Notes: generated by a model from the letters alone, not told the origin. DNA of 64,000 nt from Balanoglossus misakiensis (GCA_040954595.2 CM082585.2:1550318-1614317); one strand, 5' to 3'; shown: positions 24,642 through 36,358, counted from the first letter of the stretch. A program made the numbers and translations.

Positions 24642-26558
24642 ATGGAGAACGCTGAACAACAGCTGCTGGATTTGGGAATAGAGCCCAGTCCAGTCGCCAA
24701 AAAGGGACCTGCAACTCGCAGTAAGACTACGACAAGAGCATCGACCGGTCGAAAAGTTCGCGTGGTCCCCCCCACCAAACTTTCCAAAGTACCAATGGCG
24801 TCAGCTCGTTCGAAAGGCGGGAAATGTAGCAAACCTGTCAAGGAAGAAGACACTTCATCTGACGGGGAAGATGTGAGGTCAGAGAAAGAGAAGTTGCAGG
24901 CGGAGATAGCGAGACTGCAGGAGCAATCTGAAGTAGACAATTTAAGAAAACAACTAAAAGAAATGAAACTGGAGAAGGAACGACGCAGCCCGCCAGCTGC
25001 TTCGAGCGGAAGTCCCAGAAGTCACGACCTGAGTCAACTCACGCTACCCGATCTCAAGAGGATGGCGAAAGAAGACTCACAATTGCAGTGGTCGTTACCA
25101 TCAGGCAGTCCGTGGCTACCAGCGACAGGGGCCGCTGGCGGCGGTGAAGACCTCCAACCGAACCAACTCCTGGCACAGTCCGGTTTATACACAGCAGCGC
25201 AGAGCAAAGCAGGTAACGTACCAATGAAATCGATGCGGTTCAACACCAGAACCGATCGTGTGCGACAGCACGTCCTATGGCCGCACATGTTCGTCAGGGC
25301 TCGGACATTCTCGGGCGCCCCACCAAAATTCGATGATATGTCAATGGCGGAATTTGTGGAAGGTAATCTCGCGATAGTGCAACTTCCTACTTTGAGTGAC
25401 ACAGAGAAACAGCAGCGATTACAACACTTACAGTCGCTTATGAAAGACGCCAATTTGTTCCCCTGGGACGCCATCTTGAAGTTCGAGGGCGCGCTCCTCT
25501 CTGACATGGAGTCAGGACTCAGAACATGGGCAAATGACACCGCAGATCTGAGAGAGCTATATTTGCTGCCGCGTATCGGCGAGATCAGACGGGATAAAAC
25601 AGCGGACAAATCCAAAAAGAAGGATCAGATTAATGTATGTTTCAAATACCAAAGTAACAAGTGCGAGAAGGAGGATTGCACATTCAAACACATATGTGAA
25701 GCCTGCATGAAGTTGCGTAACAACCTGGCCAAGCATCCCAAGATTGCCAGCCCCTGGAAGGATAAGGCCTTTAGAGAGCAAGAGAGCAACAAGTTGACCG
25801 ATAGTTCTGGCAAAGCAGAGGTAGATAAGTCTAAACAAGACTCTCATGACTGTGACAGCAATTTAATTCCTAAATTGAACCATAGAGTCAAAAGTGCAGG
25901 CACGGAGTGTAATATCAATGACTTTTATACATTGATGGGCATCACAGATCAGGCAGTGCACAAGTGTGATCGCTCTGTACAAACTGACATGGAGATTGAT
26001 ATTTCAAGAAGCCTGTCAATGTGCAACCCGGAGGTTTTGCGGGATGCTATTGTTAACCCTAGTAGTATTTCTGAACCAGTGCTTTCGATTGACGAGCCAG
26101 TAACATGTACCATTGCCAATGTTGCCTCTGAACACACAGGTTGTTTTGATACCTCTGTTAGCAGGGATAATGTTGACAAATACCTTTGTAAAACTCATAC
26201 AGTTGATTTGATAGAACCTGATATTGAGACTGATCTTGACAAGCAAATCCCTATTGAATCACTAGCCCATACCGTCGGTGATACCACTGAATTTGCATGT
26301 GAGATTAGCGCTCATGGTTCATCTGACGGTATGATCAGTGATGACCACGATGTCTTTGTTAGTGATATGTTTACTGTGGAAAATGTTCCAAATATGGGGC
26401 CTCCCAACCCCACCCTTGTTGATCACAGTGTTCCAGACACTTATCCACTGGGCAATGATATGCAGTATTCTGAGTTATCAGATACTCCCGTGGGCGGGGA
26501 TGTCTGTCCCCCGTCGTCATGGCCACAAGCGTCACCCCTTGATTTAAAGCAGAGGTAG
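24642..26558 (+). CDS. ORF1 gag-like, unit 2
   Basis: Nearly identical to unit 1 ORF1. Confidence 0.8.
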   Translation: MENAEQQLLDLGIEPSPVAKKGPATRSKTTTRASTGRKVRVVPPTKLSKVPMASARSKGGKCSKPVKEEDTSSDGEDVRSEKEKLQAEIARLQEQSEVDNLRKQLKEMKLEKERRSPPAASSGSPRSHDLSQLTLPDLKRMAKEDSQLQWSLPSGSPWLPATGAAGGGEDLQPNQLLAQSGLYTAAQSKAGNVPMKSMRFNTRTDRVRQHVLWPHMFVRARTFSGAPPKFDDMSMAEFVEGNLAIVQLPTLSDTEKQQRLQHLQSLMKDANLFPWDAILKFEGALLSDMESGLRTWANDTADLRELYLLPRIGEIRRDKTADKSKKKDQINVCFKYQSNKCEKEDCTFKHICEACMKLRNNLAKHPKIASPWKDKAFREQESNKLTDSSGKAEVDKSKQDSHDCDSNLIPKLNHRVKSAGTECNINDFYTLMGITDQAVHKCDRSVQTDMEIDISRSLSMCNPEVLRDAIVNPSSISEPVLSIDEPVTCTIANVASEHTGCFDTSVSRDNVDKYLCKTHTVDLIEPDIETDLDKQIPIESLAHTVGDTTEFACEISAHGSSDGMISDDHDVFVSDMFTVENVPNMGPPNPTLVDHSVPDTYPLGNDMQYSELSDTPVGGDVCPPSSWPQASPLDLKQR

Positions 26559-28015
26559 ATAAGTCTAAACAAGACTCTCATGACTGTGACAGCAATTTAA
26601 TTCCTAAATTGAACCATAGAGTCAAAAGTGCAGGCACGGAGTGTAATATCAATGACTTTTATACATTGATGGGCATCACAGATCAGGCAGTGCACAAGTG
26701 TGATCGCTCTGTACAAACTGACATGGAGATTGATATTTCAAGAAGCCTGTCAATGTGCAACCCGGAGGTTTTGCGGGATGCTAGTGTTAACCCTAGTAGT
26801 ATTTCTGAACCAGTGCTTTCGATTGACGAGCCAGTAACATGTACCATTGCCAATGTTGCCTCTGAACACACAGGTTGTTTTGATACCTCTGTTAGCAGGG
26901 ATAATGTTGACAAATACCTTTGTAAAATTCATACAGTTGATTTGATAGAACCTGATATTGAGACTGATCTTGACAAGCAAATCCCTATTGAATCACTAGC
27001 CCATACCGTCGGTGATACCACTGAATTTGCATGTGAGATTAGCGCTCATGGTTCATCTGACGGTATGATCAGTGATGACCACGATGTCTTTGTTAGTGAT
27101 ATGTTTACTGTGGAAAATGTTCCAAATATGGGGCCTCCCAACCCCACCCTTGTTGATCACAGTGTTCCAGACACTTATCCACTGGGCAATGATATGCAGT
27201 ATTCTGAGTTATCAGATACTCCCGTGGGCGGGGATGTCTGTCCCCCGTCGTCATGGCCACAAGGGTCACCCCTTGATTTAAAGCAGAGGTAGATAAGTCT
27301 AAACAAGACTCTCATGACTGTGACAGCAATTTAATTCCTAAATTGAACCATAGAGTCAAAAGTGCAGGTACGGAGTGTAATATCAATGACTTTTATACAT
27401 TGATGGGCATCACAGATCAGGCAGTGCACAAGTGTGATCGCTCTGTACAAACTGACATGGAGATTGATATTTCAAGAAGCCTGTCAATGTGCAACCCGGA
27501 GGTTTTGCGGGATGCTATTGTTAACCCTAGTAGTATTTCTGAACCAGTGCTTTCGATTGACGAGCCAGTAACATGTACCATTGCCAATGTTGCCTCTGAA
27601 CACACAGGTTGTTTTGATACCTCTGTTAGCAGGGATAATGTTGACAAATACCTTTGTAAAACTCATACAGTTGATTTGATAGAACCTGATATTGAGACTG
27701 ATCTTGACAAGCAAATCCCTATTGAATCACTAGCCCATACCGTCGGTGATACCACTGAATTTGCATGTGAGATTAGCGCTCATGGTTCATCTGACGGTAT
27801 GATCAGTGATGACCACGATGTCTTTGTTAGTGACATGTTTACTGTGGAAAATGTTCCAAATATGGGGCCTCCCAACCCCACCCTTGTTGATCACAGTGTT
27901 CCAGACACTTATCCACTGGGCAATGATATGCAGTATTCTGAGTTATCAGATACTCCCGTGGGCGGGGATGTCTGTCCCCCGTCGTCATGGCCACAAGCGT
28001 CACCCCCTGATTTAA
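25812..28015 (+). repeat. 734-bp internal tandem repeat (3 copies), unit 2
   Basis: Extra copy yields the 227-aa ORF 26609-27292; unit length 5657+734. Confidence 0.95.
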
Positions 28016-29682
28016 CAGAAGTTATAACCGTTCATGACATAGTTGTTGAATCAGGTTTACCAAATTCTCAATTTTGCAGAATACCCGTTTCATCAAATCT
28101 TCAAATCCCAATTTGGCGAGCCGAATTGCAGCAATATGATGACAAAATCATCTGCGATTACCTACAATATGGTTGGCCCGTCTACTATACAGCCTCAGAA
28201 TTGCCATACTCTACAGTGAAAAACCACCCATCAGCTATAAATTACTCGGCGCATGTCGACAACTGGATCATTAACGAAGTCGCAGCCGGGGCTACAGCGG
28301 GTCCGTTCTTAACTAACCCCCTTGCCACACCACTCAGTACTTCCCCCATTCAGACTGTCGAAAAAAAAGATAGTGTTAATCGGCGTATAGTCTTTGATCT
28401 TAGTTCCCCAATCCACCATTCAGTAAATGACGGTATCCCCAAAGGGGAATATCTTGGGGAGAGTTTTCAGCTTCAATATCCTTCCATTGATGATTTCACT
28501 GCAATGATGACCCGTAAGGGCAGGGGATGCCTCCTATTTAAGCGCGATTTAAGCAGAGCTTATCGGCAAATACCAGTCGATCCAGCGGACTACCATTTGC
28601 TGGGCTACACGTGGCGTAATTTATTGTTCTTTGACCTTACATTGCCATTTGGCTTGCGAACCGCAGCGCTAGCCTGCCAGCGCACCACTAATGCGGTTTC
28701 TTATATCTATTCCACGAAAGGGTATGACTGTGTTAATTACCTTGACGACTTCGGTGGTGCAGAGACCTCCAACAAAGCCCACAAGGCATTTGCGGAGCTA
28801 GGTGACACGCTGGATAGACTGGGTTTGCAAGAAGCCAAACACAAAGCGGTGCCCCCGTCATCAATCATGACTTTTCTTGGAATCCAGTTGAACTCCCTTA
28901 CAATGACTATGGAAGTTACTCCTGACCGGCTTAATGAAATAGAGCAAGAGCTGGGTGTATGGGTCACTAAAACAAAAGCAACTAAGCGCGAGCTGCAATC
29001 ACTCATAGGCAAGCTTTCCTTTATTGCCAAATGTGTCAAGCCTGGTAGGCTATTCCTGGCGAGAATGCTAGATGTGTTGCGTACCGTCACCCGCAATCAC
29101 TACCATATCTATCTAAACAGTGATTTCAAGGCAGATCTACGGTGGTGGATTAATTTCATTAGGGTTTATAATGGGGTGTCTCTCATTAAAGAGTCAGGTT
29201 GGTGCCCGCCAGATGAAATATTTTCTTCGGATGCATGCCCAACAGGGGGAGGGGGGCTTTGCGACAACGAGTATTTCCACGTGGAGTTCCCTGACTTTGT
29301 AAAGGTTGGGGACCCTCACATTAATGCCCTCGAATTACTCACTATTACTATAGCGGCAAAAATTTGGGGTGATAGATGGTCTGGAAAGAAAATACAGGTC
29401 TCTTGCGACAACCAGGCAACAGTTTGGGTCATTAATACCGGTAGAGCTAGGGATAAACTAATGCTGTCTTGCTTGAGGGAATTATGGCTGGTAGCAGCGA
29501 TTCACGAGTTTGAGCTACGTGCTGTGCACATCGCAGGCACCGAGAACCGGCTGGCTGATGCGCTCAGTCGCTGGCATCTTGACCCAAGTTATGAGCAACT
29601 CTTCAAATCATCTGTTAATATTTCTCAAATGACCGAGCACCCAGTCGCCGAGGATGACATTCGCTTTCTCAATGAGTGGTGA
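27343..29682 (+). CDS. Reverse transcriptase-RNase H, unit 2
   Basis: Same motifs as unit 1, intact frame. Confidence 0.95.
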   Translation: MNHRVKSAGTECNINDFYTLMGITDQAVHKCDRSVQTDMEIDISRSLSMCNPEVLRDAIVNPSSISEPVLSIDEPVTCTIANVASEHTGCFDTSVSRDNVDKYLCKTHTVDLIEPDIETDLDKQIPIESLAHTVGDTTEFACEISAHGSSDGMISDDHDVFVSDMFTVENVPNMGPPNPTLVDHSVPDTYPLGNDMQYSELSDTPVGGDVCPPSSWPQASPPDLTEVITVHDIVVESGLPNSQFCRIPVSSNLQIPIWRAELQQYDDKIICDYLQYGWPVYYTASELPYSTVKNHPSAINYSAHVDNWIINEVAAGATAGPFLTNPLATPLSTSPIQTVEKKDSVNRRIVFDLSSPIHHSVNDGIPKGEYLGESFQLQYPSIDDFTAMMTRKGRGCLLFKRDLSRAYRQIPVDPADYHLLGYTWRNLLFFDLTLPFGLRTAALACQRTTNAVSYIYSTKGYDCVNYLDDFGGAETSNKAHKAFAELGDTLDRLGLQEAKHKAVPPSSIMTFLGIQLNSLTMTMEVTPDRLNEIEQELGVWVTKTKATKRELQSLIGKLSFIAKCVKPGRLFLARMLDVLRTVTRNHYHIYLNSDFKADLRWWINFIRVYNGVSLIKESGWCPPDEIFSSDACPTGGGGLCDNEYFHVEFPDFVKVGDPHINALELLTITIAAKIWGDRWSGKKIQVSCDNQATVWVINTGRARDKLMLSCLRELWLVAAIHEFELRAVHIAGTENRLADALSRWHLDPSYEQLFKSSVNISQMTEHPVAEDDIRFLNEW

Positions 29683-30701
29683 CTGATTTTATTTTTATTT
29701 CAGATCACTGCCAAACTATCCAAGCCTTAGACGCTCAAATCGCTATCTCAATGAGGTCAGCATTAGCGGAAGGAACTCGTCGGAATTTGTCGTCACAGTT
29801 GAAGAGTTACTTCCTGTTTTGTCAGTTTTTCAATTTTACTCCTGTTCCAGCATCTGTTCTTACAGTGTGTAGATTTATCCAGTTTCTTGCAAGATCAGTA
29901 ACTGCTACTGGCACCATTCAGAATTATTTGTACGCAATTCGTACCTTGCATAGAATCCATGGCTTCACGCCATTGGCCGCTGATCAGTATGTTGTCAAAT
30001 TACTTTTGAAATGTCTTTCCCGTAGCACTTTCCAGCCAGTGAGGCAGAAATTACCCATCACCCCCCAGTTGTTGCTACAGTTTTTCGGGCTTCTAGATGT
30101 GGCTGTTCCATTCGATGTTACTTTGTGGGCATGCCTTTTGATAGGGTTTTTCTCCTTTTTTCGCAAGTCAAATCTTGTTCCGAAGTCTGCAACCGACTTT
30201 GATCCGGCTAAACACCTCTGTAGGGGTAAAGTCATTTCCTCAGATTCTGGCCTTATAATCGGCGTGACTTGGTCAAAAACCATTCAGTTTCGCGAACGCT
30301 GTTTGACTATTCCACTTGCCCGCATTCCAGGTTCGGTGTTGTGCCCTTTACAGGCATACAATCACATGTGTGAGATCATCCCAGCCCCACCCTCTAGCCC
30401 AGCATTTGTTTTTCCCAAATGTGGCAAATTGGTCCCCTTGACCCATTCAGGGCTGGTGAAAAGTATCAAATGTTTAGTTCAGAGGGCAGGCTTTCCTGCT
30501 GACATGTACTCGGGTCACAGCCTCCGTCGTGGGGGTGCAACCTTTGCATTCGAAAGTGGGGTCCCTGGGGAGCTTATCAAACTCCAAGGGGATTGGCAAT
30601 CCAGCGCGTATCTCCGTTATCTTAACATTCCATTTCAGACTCGTTATCTGGTGTCCTTTCAAATGGGTCAGCATATTAAAGACATCTCCGCGTCACACTG
30701 A
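29676..30701 (+). CDS. Tyrosine recombinase, unit 2
   Basis: Same motifs as unit 1, intact frame. Confidence 0.95.
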   Translation: MVTDFIFISDHCQTIQALDAQIAISMRSALAEGTRRNLSSQLKSYFLFCQFFNFTPVPASVLTVCRFIQFLARSVTATGTIQNYLYAIRTLHRIHGFTPLAADQYVVKLLLKCLSRSTFQPVRQKLPITPQLLLQFFGLLDVAVPFDVTLWACLLIGFFSFFRKSNLVPKSATDFDPAKHLCRGKVISSDSGLIIGVTWSKTIQFRERCLTIPLARIPGSVLCPLQAYNHMCEIIPAPPSSPAFVFPKCGKLVPLTHSGLVKSIKCLVQRAGFPADMYSGHSLRRGGATFAFESGVPGELIKLQGDWQSSAYLRYLNIPFQTRYLVSFQMGQHIKDISASH

Positions 30702-31032
30702 TTTTACTGTGGCACTAGCAGAGAGGCGGACCGGGTTTGGCAGTGGTTGGGCCTGCAAGAGCCCCCAGTTCACGTAAATAAATAATGGCTCTTGCCTTCA
30801 GCTGCCAAACCTGTGTCCTTGGTTTGTGTGTTAGAGAGATCTCAAGTAATTTAGGTAACATTGCGATCAACGGCATAATGTTACCCAATTAAGCAACTCG
30901 AAAAGGGGCGCCCTCAACCTCAAACGAGCCTCAAAAATCCCATAATCCATCACTCACGGCCACTTCAAGGGTTCGGAGCGTGTCCTGCAGTGCACGCTCT
31001 CTCTGCCTCAATTTCAATTTCTCACCGTTATT

Positions 31033-32949
31033 ATGGAGAACGCTGAACAACAGCTGCTGGATTTGGGAATAGAGCCCAGTCCAGTCGCCAAAAAGGGACC
31101 TGCAACTCGCAGTAAGACTACGACAAGAGCATCGACCGGTCGAAAAGTTCGCGTGGTCCCCCCCACCAAACTTTCCAAAGTACCAATGGCGTCAGCTCGT
31201 TCGAAAGGCGGGAAATGTAGCAAACCTGTCAAGGAAGAAGACACTTCATCTGACGGGGAAGATGTGAGGTCAGAGAAAGAGAAGTTGCAGGCGGAGATAG
31301 CGAGACTGCAGGAGCAATCTGAAGTAGACAATTTAAGAAAACAACTAAAAGAAATGAAACTGGAGAAGGAACGACGCAGCCCGCCAGCTGCTTCGAGCGG
31401 AAGTCCCAGAAGTCACGACCTGAGTCAACTCACGCTACCCGATCTCAAGAGGATGGCGAAAGAAGACTCACAATTGCAGTGGTCGTTACCATCAGGCAGT
31501 CCGTGGCTACCAGCGACAGGGGCCGCTGGCGGCGGTGAAGACCTCCAACCGAACCAACTCCTGGCACAGTCCGGTTTATACACAGCAGCGCAGAGCAAAG
31601 CAGGTAACGTACCAATGAAATCGATGCGGTTCAACACCAGAACCGATCGTGTGCGACAGCACGTCCTATGGCCGCACATGTTCGTCAGGGCTCGGACATT
31701 CTCGGGCGCCCCACCAAAATTCGATGATATGTCAATGGCGGAATTTGTGGAAGGTAATCTCGCGATAGTGCAACTTCCTACTTTGAGTGACACAGAGAAA
31801 CAGCAGCGATTACAACACTTACAGTCGCTTATGAAAGACGCCAATTTGTTCCCCTGGGACGCCATCTTGAAGTTCGAGGGCGCGCTCCTCTCTGACATGG
31901 AGTCAGGACTCAGAACATGGGCAAATGACACCGCAGATCTGAGAGAGCTATATTTGCTGCCGCGTATCGGCGAGATCAGACGGGATAAAACAGCGGACAA
32001 ATCCAAAAAGAAGGATCAGATTAATGTATGTTTCAAATACCAAAGTAACAAGTGCGAGAAGGAGGATTGCGCATTCAAACACATATGTGAAGCCTGCATG
32101 AAGTTGCGTAACAACCTGGCCAAGCATCCCAAGATTGCCAGCCCCTGGAAGGATAAGGCCTTTAGAGAGCAAGAGAGCAACAAGTTGACCGATAGTTCTG
32201 GCAAAGCAGAGGTAGATAAGTCTAAACAAGACTCTCATGACTGTGACAGCAATTTAATTCCTAAATTGAACCATAGAGTCAAAAGTGCAGGCACGGAGTG
32301 TAATATCAATGACTTTTATACATTGATGGGCATCACAGATCAGGCAGTGCACAAGTGTGATCGCTCTGTACAAACTGACATGGAGATTGATATTTCAAGA
32401 AGCCTGTCAATGTGCAACCCGGAGGTTTTGCGGGATGCTATTGTTAACCCTAGTAGTATTTCTGAACCAGTGCTTTCGATTGACGAGCCAGTAACATGTA
32501 CCATTGCCAATGTTGCCTCTGAACACACAGGTTGTTTTGATACCTCTGTTAGCAGGGATAATGTTGACAAATACCTTTGTAAAACTCATACAGTTGATTT
32601 GATAGAACCTGATATTGAGACTGATCTTGACAAGCAAATCCCTATTGAATCACTAGCCCATACCGTCGGTGATACCACTGAATTTGCATGTGAGATTAGC
32701 GCTCATGGTTCATCTGACGGTATGATCAGTGATGACCACGATGTCTTTGTTAGTGATATGTTTACTGTGGAAAATGTTCCAAATATGGGGCCTCCCAACC
32801 CCACCCTTGTTGATCACAGTGTTCCAGACACTTATCCACTGGGCAATGATATGCAGTATTCTGAGTTATCAGATACTCCCGTGGGCGGGGATGTCTGTCC
32901 CCCGTCGTCATGGCCACAAGCGTCACCCCTTGATTTAAAGCAGAGGTAG
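31033..32949 (+). CDS. ORF1 gag-like, unit 3
   Basis: Nearly identical to units 1 and 2. Confidence 0.8.
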   Translation: MENAEQQLLDLGIEPSPVAKKGPATRSKTTTRASTGRKVRVVPPTKLSKVPMASARSKGGKCSKPVKEEDTSSDGEDVRSEKEKLQAEIARLQEQSEVDNLRKQLKEMKLEKERRSPPAASSGSPRSHDLSQLTLPDLKRMAKEDSQLQWSLPSGSPWLPATGAAGGGEDLQPNQLLAQSGLYTAAQSKAGNVPMKSMRFNTRTDRVRQHVLWPHMFVRARTFSGAPPKFDDMSMAEFVEGNLAIVQLPTLSDTEKQQRLQHLQSLMKDANLFPWDAILKFEGALLSDMESGLRTWANDTADLRELYLLPRIGEIRRDKTADKSKKKDQINVCFKYQSNKCEKEDCAFKHICEACMKLRNNLAKHPKIASPWKDKAFREQESNKLTDSSGKAEVDKSKQDSHDCDSNLIPKLNHRVKSAGTECNINDFYTLMGITDQAVHKCDRSVQTDMEIDISRSLSMCNPEVLRDAIVNPSSISEPVLSIDEPVTCTIANVASEHTGCFDTSVSRDNVDKYLCKTHTVDLIEPDIETDLDKQIPIESLAHTVGDTTEFACEISAHGSSDGMISDDHDVFVSDMFTVENVPNMGPPNPTLVDHSVPDTYPLGNDMQYSELSDTPVGGDVCPPSSWPQASPLDLKQR

Positions 32950-33672
32950 ATAAGTCTAAACAAGACTCTCATGACTGTGACAGCAATTTAATTCCTAAAT
33001 TGAACCATAGAGTCAAAAGTGCAGGCACGGAGTGTAATATCAATGACTTTTATACATTGATGGGCATCACAGATCAGGCAGTGCACAAGTGTGATCGCTC
33101 TGTACAAACTGACATGGAGATTGATATTTCAAGAAGCCTGTCAATGTGCAACCCGGAGGTTTTGCGGGATGCTAGTGTTAACCCTAGTAGTATTTCTGAA
33201 CCAGTGCTTTCGATTGACGAGCCAGTAACATGTACCATTGCCAATGTTGCCTCTGAACACACAGGTTGTTTTGATACCTCTGTTAGCAGGGATAATGTTG
33301 ACAAATACCTTTGTAAAACTCATACAGTTGATTTGATAGAACCTGATATTGAGACTGATCTTGACAAGCAAATCCCTATTGAATCACTAGCCCATACCGT
33401 CGGTGATACCACTGAATTTGCATGTGAGATTAGCGCTCATGGTTCATCTGACGGTATGATCAGTGATGACCACGATGTCTTTGTTAGTGATATGTTTACT
33501 GTGGAAAATGTTCCAAATATGGGGCCTCCCAACCCCACCCTTGTTGATCACAGTGTTCCAGACACTTATCCACTGGGCAATGATATGCAGTATTCTGAGT
33601 TATCAGATACTCCCGTGGGCGGGGATGTCTGTCCCCCGTCGTCATGGCCACAAGCGTCACCCCCTGATTTAA
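32203..33672 (+). repeat. 734-bp internal tandem duplication (2 copies), unit 3
   Basis: As in unit 1. Confidence 0.95.
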
Positions 33673-35339
33673 CAGGAGTTATAACCGTTCATGACATAGT
33701 TGTTGAATCAGGTTTACCAAATTCTCAATTTTGCAGAATACCCGTTTCATCAAATCTTCAAATCCCAATTTGGCGAGCCGAATTGCAGCAATATGATGAC
33801 AAAATCATCTGCGATTACCTACAATATGGTTGGCCCGTCTACTATACAGCCTCAGAATTGCCATACTCTACAGTGAAAAACCACCCATCAGCTATAAATT
33901 ACTCGGCGCATGTCGACAACTGGATCATTAACGAAGTCGCAGCCGGGGCTACAGCGGGTCCGTTCTTAACTAACCCCCTTGCCACACCACTCAGTACTTC
34001 CCCCATTCAGACTGTCGAAAAAAAAGATAGTGTTAATCGGCGTATAGTCTTTGATCTTAGTTCCCCAATCCACCATTCAGTAAATGACGGTATCCCCAAA
34101 GGGGAATATCTTGGGGAGAGTTTTCAGCTTCAATATCCTTCCATTGATGATTTCACTGCAATGATGACCCGTAAGGGCAGGGGATGCCTCCTATTTAAGC
34201 GCGATTTAAGCAGAGCTTATCGGCAAATACCAGTCGATCCAGCGGACTACCATTTGCTGGGCTACACGTGGCGTAATTTATTGTTCTTTGACCTTACATT
34301 GCCATTTGGCTTGCGAACCGCAGCGCTAGCCTGCCAGCGCACCACTAATGCAGTTTCTTATATCTATTCCACGAAAGGGTATGACTGTGTTAATTACCTT
34401 GACGACTTCGGTGGTGCAGAGACCTCCAACAAAGCCCACAAGGCATTTGCGGAGCTAGGTGACACGCTGGATAGACTGGGTTTGCAAGAAGCCAAACACA
34501 AAGCGGTGCCCCCGTCATCAATCATGACTTTTCTTGGAATCCAGTTGAACTCCCTTACAATGACTATGGAAGTTACTCCTGACCGGCTTAATGAAATAGA
34601 GCAAGAGCTGGGTGTATGGGTCACTAAAACAAAAGCAACTAAGCGCGAGCTGCAATCACTCATAGGCAAGCTTTCCTTTATTGCCAAATGTGTCAAGCCT
34701 GGTAGGCTATTCCTGGCGAGAATGCTAGATGTGTTGCGTACCGTCACCCGCAATCACTACCATATCTATCTAAACAGTGATTTCAAGGCAGATCTACGGT
34801 GGTGGATTAATTTCATTAGGGTTTATAATGGGGTGTCTCTCATTAAAGAGTCAGGTTGGTGCCCGCCAGATGAAATATTTTCTTCGGATGCATGCCCAAC
34901 AGGGGGAGGGGGGCTTTGCGACAACGAGTATTTCCACGTGGAATTCCCTGACTTTGTAAAGGTTGGGGACCCTCACATTAATGCCCTCGAATTACTCACT
35001 ATTACTATAGCGGCAAAAATTTGGGGTGATAGATGGTCTGGAAAGAAAATACAGGTCTCTTGCGACAACCAGGCAACAGTTTGGGTCATTAATACCGGTA
35101 GAGCTAGGGATAAACTAATGCTGTCTTGCTTGAGGGAATTATGGCTGGTAGCAGCGATTCACGAGTTTGAGCTACGTGCTGTGCACATCGCAGGCACCGA
35201 GAACCGGCTGGCTGATGCGCTCAGTCGCTGGCATCTTGACCCAAGTTATGAGCAACTCTTCAAATCATCTGTTAATATTTCTCAAATGACCGAGCACCCA
35301 GTCGCCGAGGATGACATTCGCTTTCTCAATGAGTGGTGA
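33000..35339 (+). CDS. Reverse transcriptase-RNase H, unit 3
   Basis: Same motifs, intact frame. Confidence 0.95.
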   Translation: MNHRVKSAGTECNINDFYTLMGITDQAVHKCDRSVQTDMEIDISRSLSMCNPEVLRDASVNPSSISEPVLSIDEPVTCTIANVASEHTGCFDTSVSRDNVDKYLCKTHTVDLIEPDIETDLDKQIPIESLAHTVGDTTEFACEISAHGSSDGMISDDHDVFVSDMFTVENVPNMGPPNPTLVDHSVPDTYPLGNDMQYSELSDTPVGGDVCPPSSWPQASPPDLTGVITVHDIVVESGLPNSQFCRIPVSSNLQIPIWRAELQQYDDKIICDYLQYGWPVYYTASELPYSTVKNHPSAINYSAHVDNWIINEVAAGATAGPFLTNPLATPLSTSPIQTVEKKDSVNRRIVFDLSSPIHHSVNDGIPKGEYLGESFQLQYPSIDDFTAMMTRKGRGCLLFKRDLSRAYRQIPVDPADYHLLGYTWRNLLFFDLTLPFGLRTAALACQRTTNAVSYIYSTKGYDCVNYLDDFGGAETSNKAHKAFAELGDTLDRLGLQEAKHKAVPPSSIMTFLGIQLNSLTMTMEVTPDRLNEIEQELGVWVTKTKATKRELQSLIGKLSFIAKCVKPGRLFLARMLDVLRTVTRNHYHIYLNSDFKADLRWWINFIRVYNGVSLIKESGWCPPDEIFSSDACPTGGGGLCDNEYFHVEFPDFVKVGDPHINALELLTITIAAKIWGDRWSGKKIQVSCDNQATVWVINTGRARDKLMLSCLRELWLVAAIHEFELRAVHIAGTENRLADALSRWHLDPSYEQLFKSSVNISQMTEHPVAEDDIRFLNEW

Positions 35340-36358
35340 CTGATTTTATTTTTATTTCAGATCACTGCCAAACTATCCAAGCCTTAGACGCTCAAATCGC
35401 TATCTCAATGAGGTCAGCATTAGCGGAAGGAACTCGTCGGAATTTGTCGTCACAGTTGAAGAGTTACTTCCTGTTTTGTCAGTTTTTCAATTTTACTCCT
35501 GTTCCAGCATCTGTTCTTACAGTGTGTAGATTTATCCAGTTTCTTGCAAGATCAGTAACTGCTACTGGCACCATTCAGAATTATTTGTACGCAATTCGTA
35601 CCTTGCATAGAATCCATGGCTTCACGCCATTGGCCGCTGATCAGTATGTTGTCAAATTACTTTTGAAATGTCTTTCCCGTAGCACTTTCCAGCCAGTGAG
35701 GCAGAAATTACCCATCACCCCCCAGTTGTTGCTACAGTTTTTCGGGCTTCTAGATGTGGCTGTTCCATTCGATGTTACTTTGTGGGCATGCCTTTTGATA
35801 GGGTTTTTCTCCTTTTTTCGCAAGTCAAATCTTGTTCCGAAGTCTGCAACCGACTTTGATCCGGCTAAACACCTCTGTAGGGGTAAAGTCATTTCCTCAG
35901 ATTCTGGCCTTATAATCGGCGTGACTTGGTCAAAAACCATTCAGTTTCGCGAACGCTGTTTGACTATTCCACTTGCCCACATTCCAGGTTCGGTGTTGTG
36001 CCCTTTACAGGCATACAATCACATGTGTGAGATCATCCCAGCCCCACCCTCTAGCCCAGCATTTGTTTTTCCCAAATGTGGCAAATTGGTCCCCTTGACC
36101 CATTCAGGGCTGGTGAAAAGTATCAAATGTTTAGTTCAGAGGGCAGGCTTTCCTGCTGACATGTACTCAGGTCACAGCCTCCGTCGTGGGGGTGCAACCT
36201 TTGCATTCGAAAGTGGGGTCCCTGGGGAGCTTATCAAACTCCAAGGGGATTGGCAATCCAGCGCGTATCTCCGTTATCTTAACATTCCATTTCAGACTCG
36301 TTATCTGGTGTCCTTTCAAATGGGTCAGCATCTTAAAGACATCTCCGCGTCACACTGA
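35333..36358 (+). CDS. Tyrosine recombinase, unit 3
   Basis: Same motifs, intact frame. Confidence 0.95.
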   Translation: MVTDFIFISDHCQTIQALDAQIAISMRSALAEGTRRNLSSQLKSYFLFCQFFNFTPVPASVLTVCRFIQFLARSVTATGTIQNYLYAIRTLHRIHGFTPLAADQYVVKLLLKCLSRSTFQPVRQKLPITPQLLLQFFGLLDVAVPFDVTLWACLLIGFFSFFRKSNLVPKSATDFDPAKHLCRGKVISSDSGLIIGVTWSKTIQFRERCLTIPLAHIPGSVLCPLQAYNHMCEIIPAPPSSPAFVFPKCGKLVPLTHSGLVKSIKCLVQRAGFPADMYSGHSLRRGGATFAFESGVPGELIKLQGDWQSSAYLRYLNIPFQTRYLVSFQMGQHLKDISASH

